From: Callorhinchus milii
Lineage: Eukaryota
NCBI RefSeq assembly: GCF_018977255.1
Contig: NW_024704742.1
Span: forward strand, 112,842,001-112,906,000
Direction of reading: 5' to 3'
Length of the DNA: 64,000 nt
Shown: one piece after another, positions 13,750 through 27,074 of the stretch
How positions within the stretch are numbered: position 1 is the stretch's first letter
Layout of the letters: each line of letters begins with the position of its first letter
The notes under the pieces: generated by a model
Told to the model about the DNA's origin: nothing
The model's database searches: none
Seen by the model: the letters and a program-made list of their open reading frames with translations, nothing else
Position numbers and translations under genes: made by a program

Positions 13750-14712
13750 ATCTAATGGAGTCAACTTTGACATGTATGCGGATGACACCCAACTCTTTCT
13801 CTATCCCTCCACCCTCGACTCCAGTATCACTGTTGTCCTGACAGAATGTCTGTCAGATATCAAGTCCTGGATGAAAGCTAACTTTCTACAGTTGAATGTT
13901 AAGAGGACCGAGGCCCTCCTGATTGGCTCCCATCAGCACCTCTACACCTCAGGTACTGACAGCATCACCATCCATGGATGCATACTCCACGTCACTGAGC
14001 CAGTCCGGAAACTTGCCGTCTTATTTGATCCTTCATACTTCACATCCATGCCATGACCCATTCTGCCTTTCCCACCTCTACAACATCACCTGGCTCCACC
14101 AGTGCCTTCAACCCTCAGGCCGCCAAAACCCTCATTCATGCGTTAATCACATCTAGGCTTGACTAGGCCAACTCCCTGCCTTTTGGCCTTCCCAACTCTT
14201 CCCTCCACATGCTGCCGATCATCCAGAACTCCTTTCCAGCACCATGCTCCATGACCCCATCAACCCCAACCTCGCCCGACTCACTCAGAGGATAGAGTTC
14301 AAAATGCTCGTCCTTGCCTTCAAGACCTCCATGGCCTTGCGCCTTCCTACCTCTGTGACCTGCCAACTCCTGCTAACCTGTCTACACCCTCCAGTTAGCA
14401 TGCTCTGTTCTGCCCCATATCCCCCGACTGGCCCGCCCCACCATTGGAGGTCAGGCCTTCACCCTTTCTGCCCCCATCCTTTGGAACATCATCCCACAGT
14501 CCCTTCTCCTTGCTCTCTCCATTTCATCCTTCATGGCACATTTCAAGACCCACTTCTTTGACCGCGCCTTCAGCTACCCTCCTACCCTACCCGCTGTCTA
14601 TCCCCATTGATCCCAACCCCCTGCTCGGGTCCAAATCCCTGACTGTCCAGCGCCTTGGGACATCCTCCCAACGTGAAAGGCACCTTTCAAATGTAATTTA
14701 TTGTTGTTGTTT
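13750..14712 (+). mobile_element. L2 LINE from RT to 3' end
   Basis: [30 protein letters not shown]; tail with (TTG)n. Confidence 0.9.
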
Positions 14713-14752
14713 GTGGGACCTTCTGACAGCAAAATGAATGTTTTGCTGCCTG

Positions 14753-15072
14753 TAATAATAATAATAATAATCCTTGCATTTGATATACCGCTTTTCACAT
14801 CGGGAGGACATTCCAAAGCGCTTCACAGAATACACTGTAAAGTGAATTGACTGTATATTTGTGGGCGCACGTGGCAGCCAATTGCGCACAGCAATGTCCC
14901 ACAAACAGTCGTAGATTGAAAATGACCAATTTATTATTGTTTTGGGTTTTGGAGGGATTATTATTAGGCGTGTGGAGTAAGGAAACTTGCCGAAGGTTTC
15001 GCCCTGCCTGGAATTGAACTCAGGGCTCTCGCTTGCAAAGCGAGTGCTCTAACCACTGAGCTACAAGACTCC
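14753..15072 (-). mobile_element. Full-length young tRNA/Deu-like SINE
   Basis: tRNA-like A/B-box head, central ttgctgtgcgcaattggctgcc, L2-like tail, (TAT)n. Confidence 0.92.
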
Positions 15073-15661
15073 TAAGGTCATTATACTTGACCGTAATTAC
15101 TTGGGAGGGACATTGAGGCGTTTTGATGAAATAAACCATTGTAAAAACCCAAGATCTATATCTCTTATATAGTTAAATGGAACTACAATTTTCAACCACA
15201 TAAATGCTTTAAAATGCCAACCAAATGAATACACTTTAAGAAAACCTGCAAATTCACCTACAAAATACACAGTTATGTAAATTCTGTGCAGTGCTTTAAA
15301 ATGTTCTCCTGATATGAAGGCACTGTATCAAATGTAAGGATTATAGGATTATAATGTAACTGGAAAGCTAATGTCACCAATGATCTTGAAATAAATGGTG
15401 CCATATTAATATTTTATGATCAAGCCTGCCTTCATTAGAAAACAACACATTATTGAGTTTACATAGAGGAATACATGATTTGATTTGAATGTGTCACTAC
15501 TCTGTATTTTACTAGTTACTTTACACAGCATTTCATACATACATAATACAGAAGAATACAGTTGTAACTTGAGGGGCTGATTAAATATAAAAAAATAAGA
15601 TTTCATGTGTAATCTTATTGTGTTTTATTCTCAATTTATAGAAACATATCTAATAATATCA

Positions 15662-15845
15662 GTTATTATTAAATATATTTGGGTGCTGTGTTTGGAGCCC
15701 TGGACCACTGTCCTGACGAAGGGTCATGGACTCAAAATGTTGACTCGCTTTCCTTTCTCCATAGATGCTGCCTGACCTGCTGAGTGTTCCCAGCAACTTC
15801 TGTTTTTGTTTCAGATTTCCAGCATCTGCAATATTTTGCGTGTTG
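15662..15845 (+). mobile_element. Penelope-like element terminal fragment with decayed hammerhead motif
   Basis: ctgacga-a-gggtc-atg-gactc-aaaatgtt; 13-bp TSD tctaataatatca (15649-15661 and 15846-15858). Confidence 0.65.
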
Positions 15846-17179
15846 TCTAATAATATCATACTGGGCTTAATCTCAATATTACAAATTCACAAATGCCATC
15901 AAAGCAGATTTTCTAATCAAGGGTAAAGATTTTAAAAAAACATAATAATTTGTATGCATGATATCTGAGCCACATTCTCATGAGAATGCAGAATGGCAAT
16001 ATCTGTTACACAGTTCAAAAACAGTTCATTGCATTTTCCTTCAGAAACAAAAACATTAATGGGAGCACCTGATAGTATTTTGTCACTGTCATAGCTAGAA
16101 GGATTAATCTCTAGTTCTGCCCAGAAATGCTGTACAACACCTTCTGGGGGTGCAAATTGCATTTTTCTAACCTCAGGACCTTAATCAAAAACAATGCTGC
16201 CAGAACACGTATTGATCTGCTGATGTCTTTTTAGTTTTTTTTGGGAACACATCAACGACTTTTCGTTTTATAGTTTTTTTTGCAGGAGAGCCACTGGCAA
16301 ATAATCATTAAAACCGTATTCCACAACCTGTTGCCGCACATTATTTATCAAGGATCAATGCAACAGTGTATAATGGTGACAAAAAAATTATAAGCATTAC
16401 CACATAAATTACCTTTTCTTTCTCTGGTCTGACACTGTTATTCTGTGGCTGGCTCAGGCAGAGTTATTTTCTGCTGCTGCTTTGGAGGAAACAAAGGTTT
16501 TTTAATCAACAAGAACCCAATTTTATTTCATATTGTGGCAGATGATGTGTCACCTTTGCTCCAGGTTGGTGGTAGACAATGACAAAGTGAAGCAGTTTGC
16601 TTAATTTATGCTTCAGCGAGAGATCGATGGGATGAATACAATTTTCCCTGCTCAACCAGCCTGCAACTAACAATCTGCAAACACACCCCCACCAATCTAT
16701 TTCACTCTCTTCCCCCTCCCCAACACTCATGGGTGGGCAAGTTATCATTCTTAAAAGCCTGCAAAATACACATTCATCAGACAGTATTTCACAATAAATC
16801 TGCAAAGCGCTTTTAGACGTTCTCCTGATGTGAAAGGAGCTCGATCAAAAGTAAAGATGATTAGTATTATTATTATGATCCTCAACATCAAGGATAAAGA
16901 TAGGTTGTGAAATAAAGAATAATTATAGAAATAAATCAATCAATTAATAATAAATGCTATCAAAATCCTTGTTTGCTCTCTGTGACTTTTATTAATTTAC
17001 ACCCACACAGAAGAGTAATGATTCAATTGCTACATGATGTAATTTATTCAAGTAGAAAGTTACTTACAGAGCACAGCAAAGAAGAACTCGAGCAAGATGG
17101 AACATAGAGGTAAAGAGGGATTTGACCAGAGACAATGGTTGAAGAGAGAGATTTTTAGATTTTCAAATAGCTTACAAAT

Positions 17180-17335
17180 ACACAGACACTACAATTTATA
17201 AAAAATCCTGTGAAGCTTGCTCCTTGAGATGTTTTGATGACTTGATATGACTCTATATCAAATGCAAGAATTATTAATAATCCTTGCATTTGATATAGGG
17301 CCTTATCACATTTTCAAGACGTCTCAAAGCGCTTA
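17180..17335. mobile_element. Two SINE 3' ends, tail-to-tail
   Basis: ctatatcaaatgcaag...cttgcatttgatatag. Confidence 0.8.
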
Positions 17336-18331
17336 ATGTTCGCATTGCTGAATACATTACCTTGGATGTCTTGAAGATAATTATTGCAAATTGCCCCCAC
17401 AGTCATACGATTCCCATTTGTATCAAATGTTATTTAATGGTGTCTTAATTGGCAATGTTATCATTCTTGATTGAAATAAAAAACACAACAAAATGAAACT
17501 AACACATTTAATTGATGGAACACTTTTACCTATATTGATTTCACTGCTGCAGCCTATTTACACTTTTTCAGAATTTTCTAGGAATTCACAACTGTATTGA
17601 ATAGATACCAATAACAGCAGAAATACTACCGCAGCCTTGCTGACAATTTGGTAAATTCAAATGCAATAGACCAAATATATACTTAAAACAATTCCCATGA
17701 AACAATTATGAGTGAAAGCATTTTAATTGTACGTTATTATAATACTTTTAGCATTACTTTGTGAAATGCATTACAGTGAATCTATGATTCTAACTTAATT
17801 ATGCTCAACTTTCATTTTCATGAACAAAGCTACCAATTAAAGCTGTGTTTTTGGCTGTAAGCTGGGTGGTGAATCATTGCCAAGTGTTTAGTATAAATTG
17901 GAGTTGAGCCAGCATGAATCATGCTAGAGCACTACTCTTCCTGACACCATCGGGAGACATGCATTCACCAGCAGTCTGATTCACCTGATTGCTGTATAAA
18001 CAAATTGATGCTTGCCCCTATGATGATTTCAACTACCCAGGAAGTTGTAATGGACCATTTTTTAAAGTTATTAATAAGCCTATCACATAATAGACTTGTT
18101 TATTTAAACAAAAAATAACCCCCGTTTTTGTTATTCAACATCAGCTTGAAACGGCACATTGGATAAATCAGTTGTTAGATTTCTGACAGCACTGCCAACC
18201 TACACCTATTACTCTACAGAATTAAGTAAGCAGGTGAGTCCTTTCAGGGAAAAAGTGTGCGTTCCATTCCAGATATGAGAATTTGCAGGTGTAGGTGGCA
18301 TGCCTGGAACTCTGTGTGGTTGGATACTCTT

Positions 18332-18515
18332 TACAACAACAACAACAACAAGATTCCATTTATAGAGCGCCTTTCATGTCGGGAGGACGTCCCAAGGCGC
18401 TGTACAGTTGGGTCAGGACCCGAGCAGGGGGGAAATGGTCAGGGTGAGGGGAGGGAAGGGAGGGAGCGAGGAGGGGGTAGAGAGTCGAGAGGGGAGCTGA
18501 AGGCACGGTCAAAGA
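18332..18515 (-). mobile_element. L2 3' fragment inserted in a copy of the ~600-nt repeat
   Basis: Host repeat (ggatactcttta | agtatggtgatggg) resumes on both sides. Confidence 0.8.
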
Positions 18516-18604
18516 GAAGTATGGTGATGGGTTTCCACATGTATAAGACAACTGGCTGACCGGAAGAAACTTCTGTGGGGTAGGAAGTAAAAATTCCTCT
18601 GCAT

Positions 18605-18900
18605 TGCCAGAGATGACATCCTTCAGGTGAGATATTAAACCATGAGTTCCTATCTGTGAGTATTCATAACCCCATGGTGCTATTTTAAAACAAATGGGAG
18701 TTTCTCCTGGTGATCTGGACAACATTGCAACAGATAAAATCGATCATTCGCTTTGAGGCTGTTTGTGGGGCATTGCTATTTACAAATTGATTGTCAAACT
18801 TGCCTAAATATACAGTCACTGCACTTTACATAAACTGTGTGAAGTGCTTTAAGATATTCTAGATGTTAATAAGCATTATGGCAAATGCAAGAATTATTAT
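18605..18900 (+). mobile_element. Old Deu-like SINE
   Basis: ggctgtttgtggggcattgc core; tail aatgcaagaattatt. Confidence 0.6.
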
Positions 18901-19679
18901 GATAAACAGACCACAATTGATTTTAATGATTAGTTTGTGTCTTCCCAGATGCATTGCCTTCCTACAGAATCTGACTGCAAAACCATCGACATAAAAACAA
19001 CCTATAAAATTACAGAGATGTTCTGTTGGCCTTTGGTCCGCTTTTCAGCTGACTCGCCTTAGGACTGGGCTGGTAGCATGAGACAGGCAAAGAACATTAA
19101 TAATTTAATTTGCTGAATTTTATGTCAATTAAGGATGTGTTACACAGTTCTCAGTTGCATTACCTTCAGCTCAAACTCACTTGTATTTTATTCCTTTAAA
19201 GCTCTGGTGACTATCCACCTGGACACAAAGCCCAATGCACCCAGAAGCCCCAGTAGATAGATGGGGAAGTTAATTGTCAATATTAAACGTCCAGAGATAC
19301 TTGTGCTGTAATCTGGGATTTCACATTCTCTCCAACACACCCTTAACTGATCACAGACCTGAAACTTCTGATTGTAATTGCTTGAAGACCGTTATCTTAA
19401 CATTTAAGATTGCCCAACATTTTATAAAATTCTTACATTCAGTCTTAATTTTTTGCAGCTCGTGATTGTTTAAACGTTGTCTGGGCTGAATAGAACATGG
19501 ATTTTGCTCGGATTTAGCTCCACAAAGCCAGAAAAAATATATTAAAGAAATAAACACAAGACAAGACCCTAAAGACTAAAAATTCCATTTTAAAAACAAT
19601 GTTGATTTCAAAAAAAATGCATTGAGTGAACCAAAATACAGTTCCACTTACCTGGAAAAGTATAATAACAATAATCTGA

Positions 19680-20420
19680 AAATCCTTCACAGTGTTTTCA
19701 AAGGCAAATGCGCAGCCAATTTGCACACAACAAATAATAATAATTCTTGCATTTGATGTAGCGCCTTATCATGACATTGAGATGTCTCAAAGTGCTTCAC
19801 AGAATATACTGTAAAGTGAATTGACTGTTTTGACCACACTCTTGCCTTTGGATTAAAAGGTTCTCTGTGGAGTCCTGTAGGTTAGTGCTTAGAACACTCA
19901 CCTCGCAAGCGAGAGGACCTGGCTTTAATTGCCGGATGGAGCAAAACTTTAGGTAAGTTCCTTACTTCACATGCCTCAATTTACCAAGTAGTAAGTAGGA
20001 ACCCAGTTGTTAGTAGTTTGTCAGATCGCTTTTTTGGGGGTAAAAAAATTTTACAAATGTTTGTGGGACACTGCTGTGCGCAATTGGCTGCTGCAAGTCG
20101 GCCGCAAAATACACAGTCAATTCACTTTACAGTATATTCTGTGAAGCGCTTTGAAATGTCTTGAAGACGTGATAAGGCGCTACATGAAATGCAAGGATTA
20201 TTATTATAATATTTTGTGGGCAAACGTGTCAACCAATTGCACACAGCAGTGACTCACAAACAGTCATTTTTTTGAAGGGTTATTACCCCAGGAAAGCGAT
20301 CCACCAATCGACCAACAAGTGGGTTCCCACTTACTGCTAGGTAAATAGATACGTGTGGAGTAAGGAAACATGCCTAAGGTTTCGCCTTACCCTGGAATTG
20401 AACCGGGTCCTCTCGCTTCC
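19680..20420. mobile_element. Cluster of three or more SINE copies in both orientations
   Basis: Minus tail ~19735-19830; plus copy 19869-20208; minus copy ~20210-20420. Confidence 0.8.
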
Positions 20421-21386
20421 TGGACACTAACCAAACAGCCATGAAATGAAATGCCATTTTATCTGGTGGTCAGGACATTGGGTGAAACTCTGTACTCTTT
20501 ACAGATAGGCCCATGGGATCTTTAAAGTCGACTTAGACAGGCAGCTAATAGCCATCACACTGTAACAAACCTCCATTGTATTACAAATACATAGTAGTAG
20601 TCACTGTTAGCAGTATCTAATTGAAATTGATTTATAAATGGACAGGATGATTAGTGTTTTGAAGGCAAGAACCAGACAAAAAGTGATATTTTTTATTTAA
20701 GGTCAAACAATGTAGAGTCAAGAATGTTTATCACTGAAGAAGGGTTGAAAATCAAAGGAAAGAATGACAGCTGCTGAACTGAAGTGTTTCTTTGAAAATT
20801 TGAAAGTACATTTTTGTTCAATGCCCAGAATGCATGGGAGAGATCATCGTCTTGTTATTCAGTCATTTATTGTGAAAGCAATAAAAATTGTGAGGTTTTG
20901 TTGGATTTAAGTGGAATAGATTTTCATCTAAAACAGACCTTAAAATATCAATGCAAATCTTTAAATAGAGCTGAACAAAAATCTGGTTAGGATTTTGACT
21001 GCGGATAAGCATTTATAGATGACTCCTTGAACGACTCAAGCAAGTGGTATCAAGTCAAGGATGGGAATCACTCAAAACTGAATGGTACACAAAGGGGTCA
21101 ATTTTGCAATATTCGCAAACCTGATTTGTTGCATTAATTAAAATTTTCAGTTTGTGAAATTTGCATTAAAATGAAGGGCTAGCGAACTATGAATCTCAAT
21201 CCTGAAAAGCAAACAGCAAGCAAAACGCAACACGTATGATTTAGGAATGTTGCAAACTAGAACACAATATAGGTCACCTCCACTATAACTTGTACATTAA
21301 AGCACAAATTTCTTTATAACGCACTGTGGACCCTGTTTATTGTGCGTGCACACAACTGGCTAGCCTGTCTGATGTGCTGTTCATTT

Positions 21387-21651
21387 TAAAACAGCTGACT
21401 TCAAATAATAAGGTCATTGGCGAAGTGACTCCTCACTTTACTGTGCATGTGTGAACCAGGAAGTGATGGTGGTGGCAGCCCAATGACCCAGATATGGCCA
21501 TTTTAGGTTTCCATGCTAGAAAAAAAATGGCCGACTTCTAGGTCATCATGTCTCCACTAGTGATGCCTCTTTGTGCGCATGTGCAGAAATCAGGTAGTGA
21601 CAGGTGATGACTTACTAAACCAGAAGTCAGCTATATTTTTCTTTTAGCATG
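21387..21651. repeat. Two tandem imperfect palindromes (hairpin MITE-like)
   Basis: Arms catgctagaaaaaaaatggccgacttct / agaagtcagctatatttttcttttagcatg around tgcgcatgtgca; a related, more decayed unit lies upstream. Confidence 0.6.
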
Positions 21652-22159
21652 AGGAGAAATTGTTGCATTTCCTGTACTCCATCCAGTTATGCTCCGACAA
21701 AATATATTCACTATCCCACCTGACTATAACAGGTGTTGGGAATTTATGGATTCCAAGACTTACATTATAATGAGATTGTACTGCATAGTGCCACAAAAGA
21801 TACTAAAGGTATACAAGATACTAGCTATTAAATGGAACTGGAAAGGCCACTTGCCCCTTCAAGCTCATTCCAAACAATATAAAACTCAATCATCCCCCAT
21901 CCACTTTCTGAAGAAAAACTTTGCATAAAGATTTGCTGTATTTCAAAGTCCATCAAATGATATCCACAACATTCCTGCTTCCCCTTGTGTTTACCAGCAA
22001 AACTCATCCCTTCCCTTCACAGATAACATTTCTCACACTCCAGTCCTGACAATACAGAAGCCACCATGCTCCATGACGCATCTGTTCATCTCAATCCATA
22101 CCTAACTATATATGCTCTCATACTAGTCTCAAGCTCATATTTGAGACATTTTACATGAG

Positions 22160-22430
22160 CCTGATTCAGTGGTAGCACTTTCGTCTCTGAGTTAGGAGGT
22201 TGTGGGTTCAAGCCGCAAGGAGGTGGAATCATATAGTCTTAGCTGACACTCCAATGCAGTGGTGGGACTGTGTTGCATTGTCGGAGATGCCATCCTTCAG
22301 ATGAGACGTTTACGGGAACAGTAAAGATCCCGAGTTTCTCCCGATGTCCTGGCCAACAATCCCCCCAAATAAAATTGGTCACTTGCCCAATGGCTGTTTA
22401 TGGGATATTGCTGTGTGCAAACTGGCTGCC
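22160..22430 (+). mobile_element. Old tRNA/Deu-like SINE
   Basis: tcagtggtagcact...ggttgtgggttcaagcc head; Deu-like core. Confidence 0.7.
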
Positions 22431-22945
22431 TAATTCTGCCCTCCAAAAATTGCAGATTATTCAGAACCCTGCAGCTCGATGTTCTCCTGCACTAACCTCC
22501 ATGAGCCGGTCCCCCCCATCCTCATCCAGCTTCACTGTCACCCCATCCCCCAGAGAATCAAGTTCAAGCTCCTCACCTTGAAAGCCCTCCAGGGTCTTGC
22601 TCCTTCCTACCTCTGCGACCTACTAAAACTTTACCAACCTGCCCACTCCCTCCATTCGGCAGGCACTGACCTGCTCCATGTGTCTCCCCTCCGCCCACTC
22701 TACCATCAGTGAGTGGATCTACTGTCTTTCTGCCCCCATGGAACTCCATCATAGAATCCTTCCACATCACCCACTCCCTTGTCTCCTTCAAGGCCTGTCT
22801 CAAGACCTTTCTCTTTAACCATGCCTTCGGTCATCTTCACACTTCCACCCTCCTTGCCCTCCACAACTCTTGACTCTAACCACCAGTTGAGGTGTAAACC
22901 CTTCACTTTCCAGCACCTGGGAATGTCCTCCTGACATGAAAGGTT
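22430..22945 (+). mobile_element. L2 3' region
   Basis: LQIIQNPAAR, IPQRIKFKLL, APSYLCDLL. Confidence 0.85.
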
Positions 22946-23952
22946 CCTACGTACTGGGTAATCAGAGGCGTGTGGAGTAAGGCAACTTCCCCAAGAGATA
23001 GCTTCTCAAAGTGAAAAGACCTACATCAAATGCAAGGATTATTATATTATTATGTACTAAATGGACAGATATTACAACATTTATAGAAACCTGAGGCTCT
23101 GCCTTATTTACTGTGCAAGTTATCTCTTGATGAATCAGAGGGAGCAAAGAACAGTGTTCTGATGTTGTTAGAATATAAAGCTAATGAACCATAAACAGAT
23201 TCTTGGGCTCTCTCTCCGTGTTGTGGGAAAGAATGGCTGCTCAATCCTTCTGAGTGTAGGAATCTGAACAACCTCATGCTAAAGGACTCTGCTTTCATGA
23301 TTTAATGATTCTGTAGTTGTGTTTGCTTGCTTCTTAATGGTTTTCAGCATTGGATTTATACAGTTTGATATTGGCAGTGGAAGTTGCTGAGAGAGGTCAA
23401 ATTAAAACTGTTTTCAGAATGATCTTCACAGTTTTATCACCTGGACCCTGTAAGGTACCAGTGGCTTCAAGTTCCTCATAAGCCAAGTAATGAAAGCTCT
23501 TTCTTGGCAAGTAAGCTGGTGTTGTTTAAATGTGTTACTGTTTTATATGATGCACTTTACTGGTGCTGCTCCAAGATAGTCTGGACAGTTGTTAAATCCA
23601 GTTTGGATTTAAATGAAGCCTGAAACTATTCTATGAATGAGTCAGCTTCTTTATGCAAATTGCAAATGGTCAAGGAATAAAAGCTGTGAAAGATTGACCA
23701 TCACTAAAAACAATCTTAAAGTGATGCTTTCTCCAGTTATTTTCCATTATCACTGTTTCGAAAAAGAGTTTATTGAGAATACCTAGATCCTTTTACTGAT
23801 AGGCCATTAATTCACTTTTTGATACCTGAGCTAATCTATCCAACCAAGGACATCCTTTGGGGATTCAGTAAGTCCGGCATAACAACAACAAATTATATTT
23901 GTATAGCTCCTTTCATGTCAGGAGGACATTCCAAGGCCCTGGTCAGTCAGGG

Positions 23953-24465
23953 ATCATAGAATCATAGAATCATAGAATTTTACAGCACAGAAGGAGGCCA
24001 TTCGACCCATCGTACCTGTGCCGGTTCTTTGGAAGAGCTACCCAATCAGTCCCACTCCCCCACTCTTTCTCCATACCACTGCAAATTTATTCCTTTTCAA
24101 GTACCTATATAATTCCTTTTTGAAGCTTGTTATTGAATCTGTTTTCACTACCCTTTCAGGCAGTGCATTCCAAACCGTAACAACTATCTGTGTAAAAAAA
24201 ATGTCTCCTCATCTCCCCTCTGGTTCATTTATCAATTATTTTAAATCTATGTGCCCTGGTTACTGACACACCAGCCCCGGAAACAGTTTCTCCTTATCTA
24301 CTCTATCAAAACTCCTCGTAATATTGAACACCTCTATTAAATGTCTATTTAACCTTCTCTGCTCTAAGGAGAACAACCCCAAGCTTCTCTAGTCTCTCCA
24401 CATAACTAAAGCCCCTCATCCCTGGTACCATTCTGGTAAATCTCCTCTGCAAGCCTCTCCAAGAG
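23953..24465 (-). mobile_element. CR1 LINE 3' end
   Basis: (ATCATAGA)n octamer tail typical of CR1; ORF2 end on the minus strand. Confidence 0.9.
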
Positions 24466-24499
24466 TAGCTCTAGTAGAAGGACAACGTGTAGTTTTATA

Positions 24500-24885
24500 G
24501 CATTGTGTAGCTCAAACTAGCTCAAAGCACTTTACAGTAATTATGCTCAACAATTGCACAGACTATTATTGTCACCAAACATGGCAGCGATTTTGCATGA
24601 TGTAGCTCCCCAAAAAAGCCGTGAGAATTGGTGGTCAGTACACTGGAAAAAACTCTTCTCTTTTCAAATAATGTCATGGGATCTTTAATGTCCATCTGCA
24701 GAACAGGTAAATGGAATCTTGGTTTAACATCTCATCCAAAATGACTGCTCCTCCAACAATGTAACACTTCCCCAGTACAGCACTGTCATGTCATCATGGA
24801 CTATTCGCTCGAGTCAGGATGTCAGTATGTCAGGATCCCTCAACTTTCTGAGGCAAGAGTGTTACCAACTGAACCAAACTGAGAC
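24500..24885 (-). mobile_element. Old SINE
   Basis: gtcatgggatctttaatgtcca...ggtttaacatctcatcc. Confidence 0.6.
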
Positions 24886-25139
24886 CTAAAATATCCCTTT
24901 GACTCTGATGTCAAATACATCCCAGTGAGAAGATAATTGATTTACATTCTTGAGCCTTAAACAAATCCAACATGAATGTTTTGTTGACTTTTAGCTTGTA
25001 CTAAGGTTTATCAATATAAGTAATATTTTTAGACTTATTTTTGCTAAAAGAATTGATATATAGATGCATTACCTGATTTAGCAAATATAGCCTCATTTGT
25101 ATAGAAGGGCTTTACTGTGAGTTAATAAATAATAATAAA

Positions 25140-25435
25140 TAATAATAATAATCTTTAGATTTGATTTAGTGCCTTATTACATTGTAGAGAAGTGCTTCAC
25201 GGGACACTGTAAACTATACTGACTGCGGGTATTTTTTGCGGATGAATGTGGCAGACAATTTGTGCACAGCAATGTCTCACAAACAGCCATGAAATGAATG
25301 AACAATTTTATTTGGGGGATTACTGGCCAGTACAACGGGATAAACTCCCTTCTCTTTTCAAATAGTGTCATGGGATTGTTTACATCCACTTGAATAGGCA
25401 GATGGGACTTTGGTTTAACTTCTCCTCCAAAAGAC
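25140..25435 (-). mobile_element. Old Deu-like SINE 3' part
   Basis: cacagcaatgtctcacaaacagccat; (TAA)n. Confidence 0.65.
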
Positions 25436-27074
25436 AGAGTTATTACTACAATGACTATAATTGCTCTGAACTTCTTTGTACCATTGTATCCTTACTTGCT
25501 GAAAACTAAACTCAATACGTGCCCACAAATAATTTAGTGAATTACGAGTGAGGTTGGAAATGAGCTTGTCAGGAAAGCAGCAAAGCACATATTGCTTTGA
25601 TTAGGACCTATAGAGCGCTTCTCCAGGGAACCACATGTAGATCGCGCTGGCTTATAAGAACTCAGCATCGATACAAACTCAGACTGGAGTTGAGTTGTCC
25701 AGGGTTGTTATTTATATACTTGGGATATACTTGGATTTATATGCCAAGGTGCTTTTTGTGGTTCAAGCTCTATTTTTGCTGCTGTTTTTCTAATAAGCAC
25801 TTTTTCAACCCCAACGTCTCTATGTAACTTTATGTTTGTGGGAGAAGGACTCCACAAAGACATATATTTTCTTTCTTAGAAGTTAGTTGGCTTCTTGAAA
25901 GAAATGCTTTCTTATATGGTATTTTCATTAAGGATTTCTACCTGTTTGTATTCATATGGCGTTTTGTTTGCAACATTACAACAATGACAAAATATTTAGC
26001 TAGTGAACTTAGTAGCATTGTGACAAAGTGCCAGAGGAATGAGAAGAGCCACTACTGATAAAATTAATGAAAAGGTCAAGGTAAAGTGGAATGGAGAATT
26101 ACACAATGTGGCTGGAGGCACAAGTTAACAAATCTGTGAATCGTAAGAAACAAAAATGGTTAAAACGAAATGATTAAAAAAAACTGATTCAAAAAATGAA
26201 TCATGCACACATCACAGGATTTCTCAAAAGCTATAAGAACTGTGGTCTATGAGTTGCTTTAGGATACAATTCCTGTGTTGTAGTGTTTAGAGAAATAGCC
26301 CTAACAGGGAAATAGGTGCACTGTGTATTGGGCAACAGTGGCAATTCGTATAATGTGAGGAACTCTGATAACATTAGTACAAATTCAAAAAAGTAACTTT
26401 CTGAAAGCCAGAGATATGAACTAAATAATACATGTAATGCAACATATTAATGTGCATATGAAAAGGAAAGATAGGTTCATGTTTGCCAAGAAATACCCAG
26501 TCACTACACTTTGCAGTAAATCCTCTGATGCGCTTAAGAGATTTTTGAATGATGTGATCAGATGCTATATAAATACAAGAATTATTATTATTATTATTAT
26601 TATTTTCAGCTGGTGAGACTAGAATTTCCTACTTTTGCTGGTGTTGGATAACATGCTTTTACACAGCAGTTTCTAGGGTCTGGCAAAGAAAAAGGAATCA
26701 TATTTGATGATTGTTTTAATAACGATGCTAATAGAAGTGTCGCAAAAGCTATGTAAATATTAAAAAGAAATAATAATTAAAATGACAAACAACAGCATTC
26801 TGCATCCTTTGATTTGTGTGATAAGCAAACGGGGAGGTAGGGTGAGCATTCTGGAGGGATGAGATCAAATGGGCCGAAGGGTCATCTTCATCCAAGCTAA
26901 ACTTATTACCTTATGATTCCTATGTATGCTAGTTTACGATCAATGCAAACTCATAATGATGATCCTTACATTTCATGTAACACCTTTTACGTTGGGAGGA
27001 TGTCTCAAAGAGCTTCATAGGACTTTACTTTATATATATATTTTATATAGAGATGACTGTATATTTTAATAATG

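Noticed and set aside
13480..14712. Twin-priming inversion of one L2
   Set aside because: Both halves have their own 3' tails, so two independent insertions fit better
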